The notes beneath the pieces are model-generated. The model was given only the letters and a program-made list of their open reading frames with translations, had not been told where the DNA came from and did no database searches. From Chiloscyllium plagiosum (taxonomy: Eukaryota), in the NCBI RefSeq assembly GCF_004010195.1, contig NC_057719.1, forward strand, positions 1,107,945 through 1,171,944: 64,000 nucleotides of DNA, given 5' to 3'. The first letter of the stretch is position 1. The number at the start of each line of letters is the position of its first letter. Shown piece by piece: positions 59,781-64,000 of this stretch. The position numbers and the translations under genes were made by a program.

Positions 59781-60649
59781 AACAGGAGATTTCCCCCTCC
59801 AACTCTTAAAAAAACAGGAGTGTCATTGCCCTTTGACTTAAAAAAAAATATTCTGTTTATACCTCAAACTCCTCACTTGAGGGACTGACTTCTACATGGC
59901 TGTGTACTTTGTGCATGTAAATAAAGGGTTACTTGGCAATTGGATACCAACATCATGCAGTTATATCTGTTTTTGAAACAAATTTCGGGTGCATGGCTCC
60001 TTCAAAGTGATAGGTAGACCAGCGTGGTGAAGGCATTTGTGTGTGTCTGGTTGCCTTGCTGTATGACAGCTATTAAATTGGAAAGTCTGCGAAAGTATGG
60101 CTCAGGCATTGAGGAGAGGCTGGATAGGCTGGAACTGTTTTCCCTGGAGCATAGGATGTTGAGGAGTCATCTTTTTGTAGAGGTTTATACATTTAATTAG
60201 GGGTGTAGGTAAGGTAAATAGCAAAGGTCTTTCCACTTAGGATAGTGGGGAATTCAAAACTGGAGGGCATAATTTTAAGTCAGAGAGGCAAATATTAAAA
60301 GGAATGTAAGGAAGTGTTTCAGTGTCTGAAGCTACTCCTGCTGAATATGATTCTCTACAACAAGAGCACAAAGTACATTACACCGTATTCAACTATTGAT
60401 TCTTGGTCCAACTTCCTACACAATTTTATCAGGCATCTTATGGCATGGTAACATTCCAATGATATTGCACCTTTTAACTGGTATTCTGAGCTTGAAAGTA
60501 CATGTCATAACATGATCATACTTTCTCTCTCTTCTCCCAACCCAATGCTTTCCTTGCTTCCAGAAACCGTTTATGCTAAGTTGAATACTTGATTAGCACT
60601 CAACCTCTTGGACAAAAGTTAAACCTTTTTAAATTTCCTTTCACAAAGA

Positions 60650-62190
60650 AACAGTACAGAAAAGACCCTTTGGCCAAAAGTCTGTATTGACAAAAACTTC
60701 TCTAAATCTACACTAATCCCACGTTCCAGTACTTGAATGTTTGTAGCATTTCAAGTTTTTAAAGTGAGGTTTCCTGCCTCAAGCACTCTTCCAGAAGTGC
60801 ATTCCAGATTCACACCACCCTTTTATTTAAAAAATCCTCAGAAACACTTGAAATCTCCTGTCTTTCACTTTAAAACTAGGCCTGTTTGTGATTTACTGTT
60901 CATCTAAGGGAGCAGCTGCTTTCTATCCACCCTACCAATGACCCTCATAACCTTTATATGCCTTAATCAGATAACCCCTCAACCTTCTCTACTGTAAACA
61001 AAACAACCTGAGTTCGTCCTCCTCTCTTCTATGTTCTTCATGGCTAAACTAAAGCAACCTGAGCAGCTTCTGCAATTCAATAACAAATTACAAGGTCTCC
61101 ATCATAATGAAACTGAATCTGAGTTGGTGCCCTACTTCCATACAATGACATTCAGCACCAAGGAGAGCTGAACCTATGTGGAACCAGAAATGTAAAATCC
61201 CTTCATTCCACACAACATCCTGGTAAATCTCCTCCACTCCCTCCAGTGCAATCATCCTGCTTATAGTGCAGAGTCCAGAATTGCACACAGTACTCCACCT
61301 ATGACCTAACCAAATTTTAGTACAGCTCCAACATGACCACCCTGCTGTTAATTTAGTCTGCACTAAAACTGATGAAAGCAAATGTCCGGTATGCCTTCTT
61401 AGCTACCCTATTAACCTGTCCTGCTACTTTCAGGGATCTCTGGATAAGCATCCCAAGATCCCTCTGTTCCTCAGAATTTCCTAGTGTGCTGCCATTCATT
61501 GAGTACACTCTTGTTGTTTTTTCCAAAAGTACTTCATTTCAATTTTATCACAGTAAAATTCCATCTGACCAATTCATTGCATCCTCCTGTAACCTAAGAC
61601 CTCTTTTCCTTGCTGTCAACTCCCAGCCAATCTTCGTGTCATCTGCAAACTTGCTTATCATTCCCCTGATCGCCAATTTTAAAAAATATATATCACAAAC
61701 GTAGAGGATGCAGCACTGATCCTTGTGATGCACCACGGGACAGCAGCCACCAGTCACAGTCTTCTTTCAACACCTTCCATCTCTTCCCACAAGGTCAATT
61801 TTGGATCCAGCCTGTCAAGTTATCCCAGATCCCATGTGCTTTTACCTTCTTTATCCATCTCCAAAGTGGAACATTTATCAAAAACTTGGATGAAATCCAG
61901 ATAAACTACATTAACTGCAGTACCCTCATCTAGACATCTGGTCACCTCAAATTTAAATCAAATTTGTTAGGCATGGCTTCCCTCTGACAAAGCCATACTG
62001 ATTATCCCTGCTGAAAGTGAAATTAAGATTCTCTCCTTCAGAATTTTCTCCAATAATTTCCCTACCACTGAGACTCATTTGTCTATGTTGGGTTATCTCT
62101 ATCTTGTTGTTTCACTTGTTAAAAACAAAAAAAAATCAGCTGTCCTCCAGTCCTCTGACACCTCTCCTGTGGCCAGAAATGAATTAAGAA
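60650..62190 (-). mobile_element. Old CR1 LINE fragment
   Basis: MISKFADDTKIG; LYKIWLGHRW; CR1 tail. Confidence 0.75.
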
Positions 62191-62932
62191 TTGGATCAGA
62201 GCCACTGTAATTTCCTTCCTCATCTCCCACAGCAGACTGGGATGCAACTGATCCAGACCTGGATCACAGCCAAGACCACAGTCAATCCTCCTCTTCCCTC
62301 CTTGTTTTTCTTCCGTTGTCCATCTGCTTCCACTGTCCTCTCCAATTCACTTGCTCAGTTTTTCTTTCCCTTCTCCCTCAGCAATTTTAGGTTGTCTGCT
62401 GAAGTTATGAACACACTGCGATCAAAGGATAGTGATCCTTGATGAATTGCTGTGGTGCATCTAATACACAGCTGCATGGAGTACGAATCAAGCTACTTTC
62501 TTTTGGATGGTATCAAGCTTCTTGAGTGTTGTTGGAGCTGCACTTATCCAGACAAGTGGGGAGTATTCCATTGCACTCTTGACTTGTGGTTGCAGATGGT
62601 GGACTGGAGTTGAGCGTGTTCCAAATCCACAAATCCTACCTCTAAAAGGACAAGGGCAGCAGATGCATTGGAACATCATCATCTGCAAGTTCTCTTCCAA
62701 GGCGCACACCATCCTGATTAGAAATATATTGGTATTTCTTCAGTGTTGCTGGAGCAAATTCCTGGACCTCCCTCCTTAAACACAGTGGCTGTATCTATAG
62801 TGGATCACTAAGGCATCTCACCATCATCTTCTCCAAGGCAATTGTGAATTGACAGTAAATGTTGGCCTAGCCTATGATGCTTAAGTGAACCATATAACGC
62901 AAAGCAGGGCAGATCATGTCTTACTAACTGGA

Positions 62933-63133
62933 TTTTTCAAGGAGGTGGTGAAGATGCTCGATGAGGGTAGAGCCGTGGATGTTACTTTGGTGAAAATTTT
63001 GAAATTGTGTATGTAAAGATATGGTTAAGTTTTTTCAAGGAGGTGGTGAAGATGCTCGATGAGGGTAGAGCCGTGGATGTTACTTTGGTGAAAATTTTGA
63101 AATTGTGTATGTAAAGATATGGTTAAGTTTTTT
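62933..63133. repeat. Perfect 98-bp tandem duplication
   Basis: TTTTTCAAGGAGGTGGTGAAGATG...GATATGGTTAAG occurs twice with period 98. Confidence 0.95.
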
Positions 63134-63689
63134 TTTCTTTGATCTTGGCCTCCACTCAGTATTTGGATATAGGAACTATAACATTAAAATTAATTTATGC
63201 AACACACAAGGATTTTGAGTCTATAAGGAATTTAGCTAGATGCAAACACTTTGGTCACATATACAGTTTTAATATGGAGCTATAAGGTGATGCACACTGG
63301 AGGGTCTTAAAACTGGAATGAAACTTTAGGCCAACAGCCAGATGCTAAAGGTTGTGTACAAATTGAAAGATCTGCGTACAAATAAATAATTCCCTAAAAG
63401 AGTAAATGCTGTTATAAAAGATCCGAAGAGATTTGTCAGATGTGGATTGAATGAGTAAAAGGACTCTTCTTCACTGGCTGTTTTAAAAAAAACACAAGGT
63501 AGACCAGCCACTGAGAAATGAAGAAAAAAGATGACTTTTCTTATGTACAGAGTTCTTAGATGGGATGCTTTGAGACAATCTATTTGGAATAGGCTGTTCT
63601 TTCAAGGAGAAAATGTTCTAGTATTTAAAACTGACAATGAAGTATATAGGATGGTGAGATTCATTTTGGATTGCAGAAAGAGCTTTAAC

Positions 63690-64000
63690 ACAATTGGCCA
63701 AATTTCATTAGGCATGAGTGGGGAGTGCTAACTGGACAGAGCTGTTAGCAGGTAACTCCACATTTGACATGGAATTGTTTAAAGGCGATCAGAATTCAGG
63801 ACCGGCATGCTCCAGTAAGGAGGAAGGACAAGGATGGGGGCTAAGGTAAGGGACCTTTGGACAACGAGGGAGACTGTGAACTTAGTCAAAAGGAAAAAAA
63901 GTACATGTAAGGTTTAGGAAGCTCAAATTGAACTGGGCCTGTGAGGAATATAAAGAAAGTGGAAAAAAAACTTGGGCAGAGAATTAGGAGAGCAAGAATG
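63690..64000 (+). mobile_element. CR1 ORF2 fragment running off the window end
   Basis: Reads NWTELLAG...WELFK...IQDRHAPVR..PW..RE..NLVKRKK, homologous to 6600-6800 on the opposite strand. Confidence 0.65.

Larger units (their letters stand above)
53368..59965 (+). mobile_element. Decayed Gypsy (Ty3) LTR retrotransposon with both LTRs interrupted
   Basis: Internal 54225-55980: GPSLLG*NWLRKI (protease end), WAALVVPIVKPD and VVIYLNDLLITG (RT), YTQIEKE...IVTDHKPLLGL (RNase H), LTELHHGHP (integrase zinc finger); purine tract at ~56004-56015. LTR halves 53368-53449/54096-54200 and 56016-56107/59855-59965 share CATTGACTGA, CAATCAGGGA..CCTGGGCAAT and CACTTGA.GGACTGACT. Confidence 0.82.

Overview
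Vertebrate nuclear DNA, very probably from a shark or other elasmobranch (HE1-type V-SINEs, dense CR1 LINEs, Penelope-like elements). It has four assembly gaps. Two host genes lie on the + strand: an intact single-coding-exon ZBTB1 orthologue (36375-38414) and the promoter plus first coding exon of a cytosolic HSP70 (47455-47737). This order matches the mammalian ZBTB1-HSPA2 pair, but this HSP70 appears to have an intron at a position found in neither HSPA2 nor HSPA8. The rest is nested, mostly decayed transposable elements (CR1, Rex1, Tx1-clade L1, Penelope-like, a Gypsy LTR element, a Tigger/pogo-like MITE, SINEs), a 16-bp satellite and a minisatellite. Four patterns are less obvious. (i) Many short Penelope-terminal insertions carry minimal hammerhead ribozyme cores, often as inverted pairs with target-site duplications (TSDs). 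(ii) Both LTRs of the Gypsy element are interrupted in the same short interval by Tx1-type poly(A) retroelements, which suggests target specificity. (iii) A 390-bp poly(A) insert carries a covarying tandem RNA structure and an antisense hammerhead remnant. (iv) The HSP70 promoter is rich in E-boxes and CCAAT boxes but has no clear heat-shock element. Family names and comparisons with human genes come from motif recognition and memory, not database searches. Most repeat boundaries are approximate.
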